The notes below the pieces were generated by a model. That model did no database searches, had not been told where the DNA came from, and worked only from the letters and a program-made list of their open reading frames with translations. DNA of 64,000 bases from Mustelus asterias (taxonomy: Eukaryota), in NCBI RefSeq assembly GCF_964213995.1, contig NW_027590117.1, positions 3,162,001 through 3,226,000 of the forward strand, given 5' to 3'. Made by a program: the position numbers and the translations under genes. Shown here one piece after another: positions 13,067 to 25,615 of the stretch (the stretch's first letter is position 1; every line of letters starts with the position of its first letter).

Positions 13067-13509
13067 TATTTGCTACCAAATAAACCTGTTGGACTTTAAC
13101 CTGGTGTTGTGAGACTTCTTATTATAACGGGGCCAGGTTTAAAAACACAAAAGCAAAGAGTCACGACCCGAAACGTTAACTCTGTCTCTCTCTCTCTCTT
13201 CACAAAAGCTGCCGGAGCTGCTGATTATTTGCAGCATTTTCTGTTTTGATTCCATATTTCAAAGCTCCGGGTTTGTGGAAACTCTTGTGTGTGAAGGGCG
13301 GCTCTGGAAGGGTTTGTGTGGGGAGCTGTGTTTCGCTTCCATTGTTCATAAACGGGTTGAAATTGGCGGTTGCAGAAACTGGAGGTGGAGCTGAAAGATC
13401 AGGGGCCGTTCTGTGTGTGTGTGTCAGTCCGGCTCTCTCCTCCCTCCCGCTCTGTGTTTAATCTTCACTCTGTCTCCTCCCCTCTCTGCTCTCACTCCGC
13501 CTTTCTGAG

Positions 13510-13535
13510 TCAGGTCGGGGCGGGCTGTATAAAAG
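13510..13535 (+). promoter_or_regulatory. H4 proximal promoter (site II-like element, GC box, TATA)
   Basis: 'tcaggtcggggcgggctgTATAAAA', ~60 bp upstream of the ATG. Confidence 0.7.
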
Positions 13536-13581
13536 GAGCCTGAAAAAGTTCCTGTCTCATATTGCGCAGTGATCTGAGTGA

Positions 13582-13902
<321 letters not shown>

Positions 13903-13936
13903 ACAACTGCAACCTTCCTCCCGAACACACAACAAA

Positions 13937-13977
13937 GGCTCTTTTAAGGGCCACTCACCGCTTCACAGAGAGAGCAG
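13937..13977 (+). terminator. Histone 3' stem-loop and HDE (H4)
   Basis: GGCTCTTTTAAGGGCC at 13937..13952 (one G-U pair), downstream AGAGAGAGCAG. Confidence 0.9.
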
Positions 13978-15173
13978 TGACCTGGGGACGGAGCTGGGAC
14001 AGGCTGTTCAGTGTTTGAGATGCATGTTTGTTTTGTTTAGGTTACAGTGCGGGAATCACCGAATTTAACATTTCATTTGGAGCAGCCATGCGGATTGTTT
14101 TTGAAATTTAGTGTATTGTCGAATCAGCCCACAGTTGACATGTGCCCTCAGTGAAACGCCACATCACTCCTGCCTAATCACAGTGTTTTCATAGTGTATC
14201 AAAGCTTTCTCTGGAATAGCGGAGTTTAGTAGCAGCAGCCGGTGAATCGTTCACTGGAACCAGTCCCAGTTGTGATGCTATTTGCGCCCAGACGGTTGTT
14301 TCCTGCACTGAAACTGACAGGCTTTGTGAAACTGATCAGTTTCCGCTCAGTCATTCACAAACCCGCAATTCCCGCAGTTTGAGCCGCTCCAACCCCAGCC
14401 TGCTTCTGATTGGCCATCCTCTCCACATTCGCAGCTCTGAACCAATCGCAGAGCATCGAATGTGAACATTGAGCCAATCATTGGCTTCAACTGTCAACCG
14501 GCAGAAATTTTGAATTGGGGGGAAATGCCGCCAATTTCAGCGCGGGAAAGGGAATTGAGACAAATTCTTAACTTATTAAAAATAGATTCTCAATTAATAT
14601 TCTGCTGTAAGATTATTTTACAAAGAGGTTTCATTTCTGAACATTTGTCCGCCACGGGCGGCAAACGGTTCTATTCAGTAATGTCAAACGGGACAAATAT
14701 GAAGTCACTCTCTGTAACAAACAACAGACTCAACCCCTTTCACACCGGCTTCAGGGAGACACAGAGAAGGATTCTGATCCTTTCCCGGAAACGGCGGCGA
14801 ATGTTACAAGCGGCACGAGAGGGGAAATCTGAATGGGCTGGAGAGCAGAGGGACAGGGATCGAGTGGAACAGCGGGAGATTCTGGGAATGAACAGCCCAG
14901 AGAGCGGGGAAAGGGTCTAAAGCACTAAGGGCAGGGAGATAGACTTCTTCAATATTTCGAGTCATGTTTGTTTTAATAAGGACGGGATAAATAGCCGTCT
15001 TTTATACAGACGGCTATTTCCTGCATCGAAAACGGCCCAATTTCTGAAAGGCGCGGTTAACAAAACAACCGAACCAATCAGAACCTGAGTTACAGACATT
15101 AATTCCCTGGTCAGAGTTTGATTGAAACTTCCTGGGCCAATTCCCGCTGGGGGCGGTTCCTCACAGAGTTTAA

Positions 15174-15644
<471 letters not shown>

Positions 15645-15673
15645 ACCCCGACTTCAGCACCAAGTACAACAAC

Positions 15674-15714
15674 GGCTCTTTTAAGAGCCACCAAATCGGC
15701 AAATGAAAGAGCTG
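15674..15714 (+). terminator. Histone 3' stem-loop and HDE (H3)
   Basis: GGCTCTTTTAAGAGCC at 15674..15689; AAAGAGCTG at ~15706. Confidence 0.95.
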
Positions 15715-16375
15715 CGATCTCCTGTTAACGATTCTAGTGTTTGAATTCCCAGGACAGAATATTCCCAGGACTCCAGTACTGAAACCTCTCAATGTTACAA
15801 TTAACCCTCCGTTGCATTGAGGTCACTCATATCTCCAATCCTTCGATGGTTGGAGTAAAAACGATGCCGTTAACAGTTCTACCGCAATTCAATTTTAAAG
15901 TGGTTTTATTAAACCTGCGATCATTTCAGTTTCCGAGCAATAATTCCGCAAATCCACTTTCTCCGCACATGTTTCGAGTCGCAGCGAGTGTTGAAAATTG
16001 CGTCAATTAGGTTCAGAATATGAAGCATGTCTCAAACAGGAGCCCACTCACACAGATATAGCCATTGCAGAAACGCTTGCACATTCGCATGGACAATAAT
16101 TAACACTTTTCCAGATAGTGACTGACTTTGAAAACCGATGGGCTGCAGATGAATGTCCTCGCAGACTATCACATTTTAAAGCAATTATATTTGAAATAGG
16201 ATCATTTATGTTCACTGGGATAGTTTCCCCGATAAACAGCAGCAAGTTGCATTAAAATACTGTATGTGTCAATAGTACGGATTGATAGAACAAAGCGGGA
16301 AACAGCTGTGCTGTGAATAGCAGTGCAGAAACTGACCGATAGACACCAGGTCGCCCTTTTTCAGATAAAATGAGT

Positions 16376-16391
16376 GGCTCTGAAAAGAGCC
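16376..16391 (-). terminator. Histone 3' stem-loop (H2A copy 1)
   Basis: Minus strand GGCTCTTTTCAGAGCC followed by AAAAAGGGCGA HDE. Confidence 0.95.
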
Positions 16392-16421
16392 TTTGGGTTA
16401 TCAGATGAAAGAATGGTCGCT

Positions 16422-16871
<450 letters not shown>

Positions 16872-17887
16872 TTATAAACTGACAGCTCCTCTGATTGGCC
16901 GCTGCTCTATTCACCTCATTTGCCTATATTCTTCACCAATCAGCTCACTGGAAACAGAAGAGGGCGGGATTTCCCCACAACATCCGGCAGAAGCAGAGAA
17001 TTTGTCCATTTCCAAAAGCCCGCCAATTTCATTGTGGGAAAGGAGCGAATTCAAATAAATCAATGTCGCCCTTGGTCAGAGATTTCAAATCCCTTCTATT
17101 GATTTGCTTTTATTCAGCTCTTCCCGTCACCAATCGCAGGCGCGGCTTTAACATTTTCTTTCAATGTGCTTCATTCTCCTATCGCTTTCTAACTGTCCCG
17201 GGCGGGAATCAATCCCTGTTCACAGCATTCCCAGAAGGAAAACACTCCGTTTCGTCTTCAATCAGAACCCACTCTCCTTCACAGAAAACAGGGAGCCGGA
17301 TCGAGTCCGCACACTGTCCTTATTCCGCTCTGTAATAATCCCACTCCGGACTGTTACCCTGCGGAGAATTACTGTGAATAAAATGATGAATCAATGAACA
17401 TTTCAGGAATTGAGAGAAGGGACCGTTACCGCGAAAAACAGCCGCTAATGAGGTCATTTTGGAGCTGTGAAAACAACAGAATAATAACAGTTTTCAGCAC
17501 AAAGCGAAGGCAGTGAGTGAATTCTGGGTTAATGTTTGGTTTACAGGACAGGAGACACAAACAGCAGTCGAAGTTATTCCATTTTACATTCTAACCATCG
17601 AATAGGAAGGTGCCGGATACAGCTTTTCACAGAGACTGACGATTAGATTTCCTCACCCAAATGTTATTGGAATGATGACCAAATAGGATTCGGGAAAGAT
17701 TTTTCCCTCCATCCCTTCCATTCTCTGGATTTACACCGGCTGAAAGAACAACGAGAAAAGTTCATAGTGACAGAAACAGATTATCCTTGGGAACACATTT
17801 AGTTTGAAACGTCCTTGTGATGTAATCGAGCAGAGTGGTTATGTTTGTGGCGAGATGCAGGAAACTGCAGACGAACAGAGGGCCGTG

Positions 17888-18254
17888 TTTTTTTAAAAAT
17901 CATTTGTGGGACATGGGCATCGCTGACTGGCCAGCATTTAATGCACATCCTGAGTTGCCCTTGTTCAGAGGACAGTTGAGAGTCAACCACAGTGCTGTGG
18001 CTCTGGAGTCACATGACGGCCATACCGGGTAAGGACGGCAGATTTCCTCCCGAAAGGAAGTGAACCAGATAGGATTTTCTGACAATCGACAATAGCTTCA
18101 CGGTCATCAGTAGATTCTTAATTCCAGATATTTTTTTATCAAATTTAAATTCCATCAACTGCCATGGCAGGATTCGAACCCGGGTCCCCAGAACATTAGC
18201 TGAGTTTCTGGATTAATAGCATAGTGATAATACCACTCGGCCATCACCTCCCCC
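17888..18254 (-). mobile_element. DeuSINE-like (SacSINE1-like) tRNA-headed SINE
   Basis: Minus head 'ggggaggtgatggccgagtggtattatcac...gggttcgaatcc', central 'catgtgactccagagccacagcactgtggttgactc', A-rich tail; related copies at 34696..35000 (+) and ~58320..58648 (-). Confidence 0.7.
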
Positions 18255-18285
18255 AGTGTACAGACATCATTAACTGGTAGGTGAA

Positions 18286-21200
18286 TGATGCGCGTCAATT
18301 GAACACGAGGCACGAAGCTTCGGTAACAGAAGGCTTTTATTGTCTAACAATGGAACTAATAGAACGTAAACACACTATCCCAGACTGACGAGGTCCCGCC
18401 CGAGCAGGGGGTCTTATACCTCTCCCAGGAGGCGGAGCCCGACTGGGATGTGCCACAACAGTAACAACCACAGGTGTATTAATCCCACAGTGGGAACCAA
18501 CGATGGTTCACCACATTCACCCCTCCTTTGAGAACAAAGGCCGGCGGGGTACGAAAACAGACTAAAATGTCAACAGATTATAAGTTCAGACGGTCTGGTG
18601 GACCGCACCATCGTTGTGACCTCCTCAATACCGGCGGTGACACCGGAGTAGGTGCTTGCGGTGGCGTTCTCCCCAAAACAGCGTCCAGCTGTTCCCCCAC
18701 GGACTCACAGGCCGGTTGACCCTGATGAAGCGGTAGTGCAGGGGATCCCGGTACACTCTGCGATGGCGCCGATCTCCGGGGCTCAGGCAAGCTGTGCATT
18801 GGAGTAAAACTGTTAAGCACTGGTCCCGGTGCTGTCCGCGCCACGTCCGGGGGAGAAATAAGGGATTCGTCACTGGGGGTATGGGAGCGACAGGAGTTGC
18901 TACGTCCCCTGCGGGCGCCAGGTCTCGGATCGAGACTGTGTCCTCTCGCCCGTCAGGATATGCCACATAGGCATACTGAGGGTTGGCGTGGAGGAGGTGG
19001 ACCTGTTCGACCAAGGGGTTGGACTTGCGGGCCCTTACCTGTCGCCGCAGAAGGACGGGTCCTGGGTACGTCAACCAGGCTGGTAAAGATATCCCCGAGG
19101 ACGACTTCCGAGGGAATGAGAACATCCTCTCGTGGGGAGTAGCATTGGTTGCCGTACACAGGAGGGAGCGAATGGAGTGAAGCGCATTAGGGAGGACCTC
19201 CTGCCAATGGGAGACTGGAAGGCCTTTGGACTTCAGCGCCAATAGGACAGCCTTCCAGACTGTAGCATTCTCTCTTTCCACCTGTCCATTACCCCTAGGG
19301 TTGTAACTCGTGGTCCTACTAGAGGCAATCCCGCATGAGAGCAGGAATTGCCTCAAGTCATTACTCATGAACGACGAGCCCCTGTCGCTATGGATATAGC
19401 TGGGGTACCCGAACAGGGTAAAAAGATCACGGAATGCCTTGATCACCGTGGCAGTCGACGTGTCCGCGCAGGGGACAACAAACGGGAACCGGGAGTACTC
19501 ATCTATTATGTTCAGAAAGTACACGTTCCGATCTGTTGAGGGAAGGGGGCCCTTAAAATCCACACTCAGCCTCTCGAAGGGGCGAGTGGCCTTGACCAAA
19601 TGTGCCCGGTCAGGTCGGTAACAGTGCGGTTTGCATTCCGCGCAAATCCGACAGCTCCTTGTCACCGACCTGACGTCCTCCACCGAGTAAGGCAGGTTGC
19701 GGGCTTTGATAAAGTGGTAGAGCCGAGTGACCCCAGGATGGCACAGGTCATTATGGAGGGCGTTCAAGCGATCCTCCTGCATAGTAGCGCATGTTCCGCG
19801 CGAGAGGGCGTCCGAGGGCTCATTGAGTTTCCCTGGACGATACATGATATCGTAGTTATAGGTGGAGAGTTCAATTCTCCACCGCAAGATCTTATCATTC
19901 TTGATCTTGCCCCTCTGCGTGTTGTTGAACATGAACGCCACGGACCGCTGGTCCGTGATCAGAGTGAACCGCTTCCCCGCCAGGTAATGGCGCCAGTGTC
20001 TGACGGCCTCCACAATGGCCTGGGCCTCCTTTTCCACCGCTGAATGCCGAATTTCGGGGCCTTGGAGGGTGCGGGAAAAAAACGCGATGGGCCTGCCCGC
20101 CTGGTTCAGTGTGGCGGCCAGGGCGAAATCAGATGCATCGCTTTCCACCTGAAAAGGGATGGATTCGTCTACCGCGTGCATCGTGGCTTTCGCGATGTCG
20201 TGTTTCAATTCCTTGAAGGCCAATTGGGCCTCTGGCGTGAGTGGAAAAGTCGTGGACTTAATAAGCGGACTGGCTTTGTCCGCGTAGTTAGGGACCCACT
20301 GCGCATAATAGGAGAAGAAGCCTAGGCATCTTCTCAGTGCTTTTGCGCTAGCGGGCAAGGGAAGTTCAGCAGGGGGGCGCATACGGTCGGGATCAGGGCC
20401 AATGACCCCGTTTTCCACCACGTATCCCAGGATGGCTAACCGGCACGTATGGAATACACACTTCTCCCTATTCGAGGTCAAATTCAGGCGAGATGCAGTG
20501 CGTAAAAAGTTCTGGAGATTTGTGTCATGGTCCTGCTGATCACGGCCGCAGATGGTGACATTATCCAGGTACCGGAAGGTAGCCCGCAGCCTGTTCTGGT
20601 CCACCATTCGGTCCATAGCACGCTGGACGACCGAGACCCCATTGGTGACACCAAATGGAACCCTAAGAAACTGATACAGACGACCATCCGCCTCAAAGGC
20701 CGTGTAGTGTCGGTCCTCTGGGCGAATGGGGAGTTGGTGGTAGGCGGACCAAAGGTCTATGGTGGAGAACACCCGGTACTGCGCAATCTGATTGACCATA
20801 TCAGATATGCGCGGGAGGGGATACGCATCCAGCTGCGTATATCGATTAATGGTCTGACTGTAATCAATGACCATCCGGGGTTTGTTCCCGCTCTTGACCA
20901 CCACAACCTGTGCTCTCCACGGACTAACACTGGGCTGTATGATCCCTTCTTTGAGGAGTCGCTGAACCTCAGATCTGATGAAGATCCGATCTTCAGTGCT
21001 GTAACGCCTACTTTTAGTAGCGATGGGCTTGCAGCCTGGTACCAGATTCTTGAATAAAGAGAGTGTGGTGATCTTTAATGTAGAAAGATTGCATGCGGGG
21101 CGCTTTGGACAATTTGGAGACTGCAGCTGTTCCCCTACTGTCAGCGAAGGGAGTGGCCCACCGTACTGTAGGATCACACTCTTCATGTGGACCATAAAGT

Positions 21201-22848
21201 TTAGTCCGAGGAGAATTGGTGCGCAAAGATGCGGCAACACAAGGAGCCTGAATCGCTCGTAAATTGTGCCTTGCACTTTCAAGGTTACCACACAACGTCC
21301 TAGCACAGGGACAGACCGGGACCTTGATGCCATAGAGATTGTCTGTTTGGCAGGTTGAATCTGGAGTCCACACCTCTTTACAATGTCAGGGTGAATAAAG
21401 CTCTCAGTGCTCCCGCTGTAAAAAAGACAATAAATTGCACGACCATTTACCTGTATATCCATCATTGAACAGTCAAGCCTGTGGTGCTTAGCCTGGTTCA
21501 GGGTGATCGACGCCACCGTTGGTCCGTGAACGTCACTGCAGGCAGCTGAGGTCGATGCTGAGGACCCCTGCTGGTCGCTCATGGTCATCGTCGACCAAAA
21601 TGGCCGCCCCCATGAATCGCACATGGTTGAGGGCGCCAAACGTAGCGACTCCTGGTGGTCATCCTCCTCCGACTCCGTCGACCACAATGGCGTCGTCCTG
21701 GACTCGCACGTGGACGAACCCCGTGAGTACTTCGACGTCGATGGTGATGATCCCCGTTCCGAAGGGTCACAGGCTGCACTGCCGTTCTTGGGCTTCGATC
21801 TGCACACCTTCGCATAATGCCCCTTTTTACCGCATAGGTTACAGACCACCGCTTCAGCGGGACACTTTTGTCGTGGATGCTTGGCTCCTCCGCAGAAGTA
21901 CCACCGCGGGCCGCATGGGGCAGCAGCCGTCGTCGGGTCTACATGGGAGCACGCCATAACACTGCACTTCGAGCCCGTGAGGCGAGGAGGGATTTGCGAC
22001 TGCTCCTGCCACGTTGTCTCCACGTGGTCCTCCGGATACAGGACCAAGCTCTTCGAAGCCGCCTCAAGCATTTCAGCCAATTCCATAGCTTGGGTCAGGT
22101 TGAGATTTCCCTTTTCTAGCAGCTTGAGACGGATGTATGAAGACCCTACCCCTGCCACAAACGCATCTCGGGTGAGGTTATACATGTACTGCTCAGCCGA
22201 CACAGCTTTGCAGTCACAGCCCCTGGCAAGCTGCAAGAGCTCATTGGCGTAATCCTCCATGGTTTCGCCCGACTGCTGACGTCGTGTAGCGAGGAGGTAA
22301 CGAGCGTGGATCTCGTTGGGAGGTTTCGTGTAGCGCTTTTTTAAAAGCTCGAGGGCCCTCGGGTAAGTGGTGGCTGCACGGATCGCGAGGTAGACTGTGT
22401 CGCTTACCCTCGAATGGAGGACCCGGAGTCTGTCATCATCTGTGGTGACCGCTGCGGAGGCTGCCAGGTAGTCTTCAAAACACTTCAGCCAGTGGTCGAA
22501 GGTGTTAGAAGCGCCCACCGCACGTGGATCTAGCGTCAGACGTTCTGGCTTTAGGATTTGCTCCATACTCTCCTTTCTTTTTCCCTTCCGTCGAGAGCTT
22601 AATGTCAGACAATAAAATTGATGCGCGCCAATTGAACACGAGGCACGAAGCTTCGGTAACAGAAGGCTTTTATTGTCTAACAATGGAACTAATAGAACGT
22701 AAACACACTTTCCCAGACTGACGAGGTCCCGCCCGAGCAGGGGGTCTTATACCTCTCCCAGGAGGCGGAGCCCGACTGGGATGTGCCACAACAGTAACAA
22801 CAACAGGTGTATTAATCCCACAGTGGGAACCAACGATGGTTCACCACA
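18286..22848 (-). mobile_element. Full-length Ty3/Gypsy LTR retrotransposon (Mag-like gag), young insertion
   Basis: 230-bp LTRs at 18286..18515 and 22619..22848 (TG...CA, 3 differences by eye); 5-bp TSD GTGAA at 18281..18285 and 22849..22853; PPT 'caaaggaggggtgaa' next to the 3' LTR. Confidence 0.97.
18625..22566 (-). CDS. Gypsy gag-pol polyprotein (Gag-CCHC, PR, RT, RNase H, IN) in a single frame
   Basis: Probable start MEQILKPERL at 22566; CCHC 'CNLCGKKGHYAKVC'; PR site mutated to 'LFYSGS'; RT 'PFG...YLDN'; RNase H 'SDAS...EKEAQAI'; integrase HHCC and D-D-E ('VDFKG..SDRG..VEREN'). Confidence 0.9.
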   Translation of the reverse strand: MEQILKPERLTLDPRAVGASNTFDHWLKCFEDYLAASAAVTTDDDRLRVLHSRVSDTVYLAIRAATTYPRALELLKKRYTKPPNEIHARYLLATRRQQSGETMEDYANELLQLARGCDCKAVSAEQYMYNLTRDAFVAGVGSSYIRLKLLEKGNLNLTQAMELAEMLEAASKSLVLYPEDHVETTWQEQSQIPPRLTGSKCSVMACSHVDPTTAAAPCGPRWYFCGGAKHPRQKCPAEAVVCNLCGKKGHYAKVCRSKPKNGSAACDPSERGSSPSTSKYSRGSSTCESRTTPLWSTESEEDDHQESLRLAPSTMCDSWGRPFWSTMTMSDQQGSSASTSAACSDVHGPTVASITLNQAKHHRLDCSMMDIQVNGRAIYCLFYSGSTESFIHPDIVKRCGLQIQPAKQTISMASRSRSVPVLGRCVVTLKVQGTIYERFRLLVLPHLCAPILLGLNFMVHMKSVILQYGGPLPSLTVGEQLQSPNCPKRPACNLSTLKITTLSLFKNLVPGCKPIATKSRRYSTEDRIFIRSEVQRLLKEGIIQPSVSPWRAQVVVVKSGNKPRMVIDYSQTINRYTQLDAYPLPRISDMVNQIAQYRVFSTIDLWSAYHQLPIRPEDRHYTAFEADGRLYQFLRVPFGVTNGVSVVQRAMDRMVDQNRLRATFRYLDNVTICGRDQQDHDTNLQNFLRTASRLNLTSNREKCVFHTCRLAILGYVVENGVIGPDPDRMRPPAELPLPASAKALRRCLGFFSYYAQWVPNYADKASPLIKSTTFPLTPEAQLAFKELKHDIAKATMHAVDESIPFQVESDASDFALAATLNQAGRPIAFFSRTLQGPEIRHSAVEKEAQAIVEAVRHWRHYLAGKRFTLITDQRSVAFMFNNTQRGKIKNDKILRWRIELSTYNYDIMYRPGKLNEPSDALSRGTCATMQEDRLNALHNDLCHPGVTRLYHFIKARNLPYSVEDVRSVTRSCRICAECKPHCYRPDRAHLVKATRPFERLSVDFKGPLPSTDRNVYFLNIIDEYSRFPFVVPCADTSTATVIKAFRDLFTLFGYPSYIHSDRGSSFMSNDLRQFLLSCGIASSRTTSYNPRGNGQVERENATVWKAVLLALKSKGLPVSHWQEVLPNALHSIRSLLCTATNATPHERMFSFPRKSSSGISLPAWLTYPGPVLLRRQVRARKSNPLVEQVHLLHANPQYAYVAYPDGREDTVSIRDLAPAGDVATPVAPIPPVTNPLFLPRTWRGQHRDQCLTVLLQCTACLSPGDRRHRRVYRDPLHYRFIRVNRPVSPWGNSWTLFWGERHRKHLLRCHRRY

Positions 22849-25274
22849 GTGAAGTAATAAAACTAATAGTCTATGAAGGATTGGAATTTGTGTTACAGTT
22901 GCAGAAAACTCTGTTCAGACCCCATTGAGATCACTGTGTTCATCCCAGGAAGATTAGATTGGCCTTGGAGTGGGAGCAGCAGAATTTCACCAGTGATGCC
23001 AGACTCAAATGATGAGGACAGATTGCAAAGACTAGTCCTGTAATAACCTGAACATGGAAGATTAAGTGGTGATGTGAGTGAGATGTTTACAGTGAATGAT
23101 TTGATAGGGTGCAGAGAGATAAACTGTTAGAATGAAAACAGATGGGTGACGTTGAGAGGGGCTGGGAGAAAGCAGTCCGTGCAGGGATCCCCGGTGGTCG
23201 TTCCCCTTAGCAACAAGTATTCCACTTTGGATACGGTTGAGGGGGATGGCATACCAGTGGTGAGCCGCAGTGAGAGGATCTCCGGCACTGTGTCCGTCTC
23301 TGTGGCTCGGGAGGGTAAGGGGCAGAGCGGGAGGGCAATAGTAATTGGGGACTCGTTAGTTAGAGGGATAGATAGGAGGTTCTGTGGCAGCAAAAGAGAC
23401 TCACGGATGGTATGTTGCCTACCGGATGCCAAGGTCCGTGACGTCTCAGACCGTGTTTTCCGGATTCTGAAGGGGGAGGGGAAACAGTCACAAGTCGTGG
23501 TACACATTGGTACCAATGACATAGGTAAGAGAAGGGACGGGGATTTAAAGCAGGAATTTCTGGAGCTGGGCTGGAAGCTGAGAGCCAAGACAAAACATGT
23601 GGTCATCTCTGGTACGTTGCCGGTGCCATGTGATAGCGAGTTGAGGAACAGGGAGAGAGTGCAGTTAAACATGTGGTTGCAGGGATGGTGTCGGAGGGAG
23701 GGTTTCAGATACGTGGATAATTGGAACACATTCTGGGGAAGGTGGGACCTGTACAAACAGGACAGGCTGCACCTGAACCAGAGGGGCACCAATATCCTGG
23801 GAGGGAAATTTGTTACGGCTCTTCAGGGGGGTTTAAACTAATTTGTCAGGGGAGTGGGAAAAGGAGTTGTAGTCCACAAGTCAGTGAGGGTGGTGAGGTA
23901 TTGGGGAAGGTATCAGGGTCAAGGGTGGGTACCGGTAGACAGGAAGGTGGGTTGAAGTGTGTCTACTTCAATGCAAGGAGCATCCGGAACAAGGTAGATG
24001 AACTTGGGGCGTGGATTGGTACTTGGGACTATGATGTTGTGGCCATTACGGAGACGTGGGTAGAACAAGGACAGGAATGGTTGTTGGATGTTCCGGGGTA
24101 TAGATGTTTCACTAAGTGTAGGGAAGCTGGTAAAAGAGGTGGAGGAGTGGCATTGTTAATCAAGGATAGTTTAACGGCTGCGGAAAGGCACTTCAAGGGG
24201 GATCTGCTCACTGAGGTAATATGGGCTGAGGGTAGAAATAGGAAAGGAGCGGTCACGTTGTTAGGAGTTTACTATAGGCCCCCAAATAGTAATAGAGATG
24301 TGGAGGAAGAAATTGCTAAGCAGATTATGCATATGTGTGGGGGTCACAGGGTAGTTAGACTTTAACTTTCCAAATATTGATTGGAACCTTTGTAGGTCAA
24401 ATAGTTCGGATGGGGCAGTTTGTGTGCAGTGTGTACAGGAGGGTTTCCTGACACAATATGTGGATAGGACGACAAGAGGTGAGGCCACATTGGATTTGGT
24501 ACTGGGAAATGAACCGGGCCAAGTGTTAGATTTGGTTGTGGGAGAGCACTTTGGAGATAGTGACCACAATTCGGTGCCTTTTGTTATTGCAATGGCGAGG
24601 GATAGGGCCATACGACAGGGCAAGGTTTACAATTGGGGGAGAGGTAATTATGATGCGATTAGGCAAGAATTAGGGGGCATAAGTTGGGAACAGAAACTGT
24701 CAGGGAAAGGAACTAATGAAAAGTGGAACTTTTTCAAGGAACAAATACTGGATGTCCTTGATAGGTATGTCCCTGTCAGGCAGGGAGGAAATGGCCGAGT
24801 GAGGGAACCATGGTTCACGAAAGAGGTGGAATGTCTTGTGAAAGGGAAGAGGGAAGCTTATGTAGGGATGAGGAAACAAGGTTCAGATGGCTCGATTAAG
24901 GGTTACAAGTTAGCAAGGAATGAGCTGAAAAAGGGGCTTAGGAGAGCTAGGAGGGGACACAAGAAGTCCTTGGCGGGTCGGATCAAGGAAAGCCCCAAGG
25001 CTTTTTACTCTTATGTGAGGAATAAAAGAATGACCAGGGTGAGGTTAGGGCCGGTCAAGGACAGTAGTGGGAACTTGTGTATGGAGTCAGTAGAGATAGG
25101 CGAGGTGATGAATGAATACTTTTCTTCAGTGTTCATCAAGGAGAGGGGCCATGTTTTTGAGGAAGAGAAGGTGTTACAGGCGAATAGGCTGGAGGAAATA
25201 GATGTTTGGAGGGAGGATGTCCTGGCAGTTTTGAATAAACTGAAGGTCGATAAGTCCCCTGGGCCTGATGAAAT

Positions 25275-25615
25275 AATAGAAATCATAGAAACCCTACAGT
25301 GCAGAAGGAGGCCATTCGGCCCATCGAGTCTGCACTGACCACAATCCCACCCAGGCCCTACCCCCACATATTTTACCTGCTAATCCCTCTAACCTACACA
25401 TCTCTGGACTCTTATGGGCAATTTTTAACCTGGCCAATCAACCTAACTTGCACATCTTTGGACTGTGGGAGGAAACCGGAGCACCCGGAGGAAACCCACG
25501 CAGAAACGAGGAGAATGTGCAAACTCCACACAGACAGTGACCCGAGCTGGGAATCGAACCTGGGACCCTGGAGCTGTGAAGCAGCAGTGCTAACCACTGT
25601 GCTACCGTGCCGCCC
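25275..25615 (-). mobile_element. HE1/V-SINE-like SINE nested in CR1 ORF2
   Basis: Near identical to 8151..8497; interrupts 'GPDE|MYPR'. Confidence 0.9.

Larger units (their letters stand above)
10072..13120 (-). mobile_element. Penelope-like element (Neptune-like), RT + GIY-YIG endonuclease, inverted pLTRs, frameshifted
   Basis: RT 'IKPADKG...YCLPKIHK..PGRPIVS...YTRYIDDIF' (11430..13079); Cys linker 'CHSNLCKTC' and GIY-YIG 'VVYLIRC...WYIGET' (10453..10977); pLTR ~10108..10212 repeated in inverted form at ~13018..13120; TSD ATTATAACGGG at 10061..10071 and 13121..13131. Confidence 0.95.

Noticed and set aside
23146-23841. SGNH/GDSL esterase ORF as a possible host or horizontally acquired gene
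   Set aside because: An esterase domain is an established part of CR1 ORF1, and it lies directly upstream of the APE-RT ORF2
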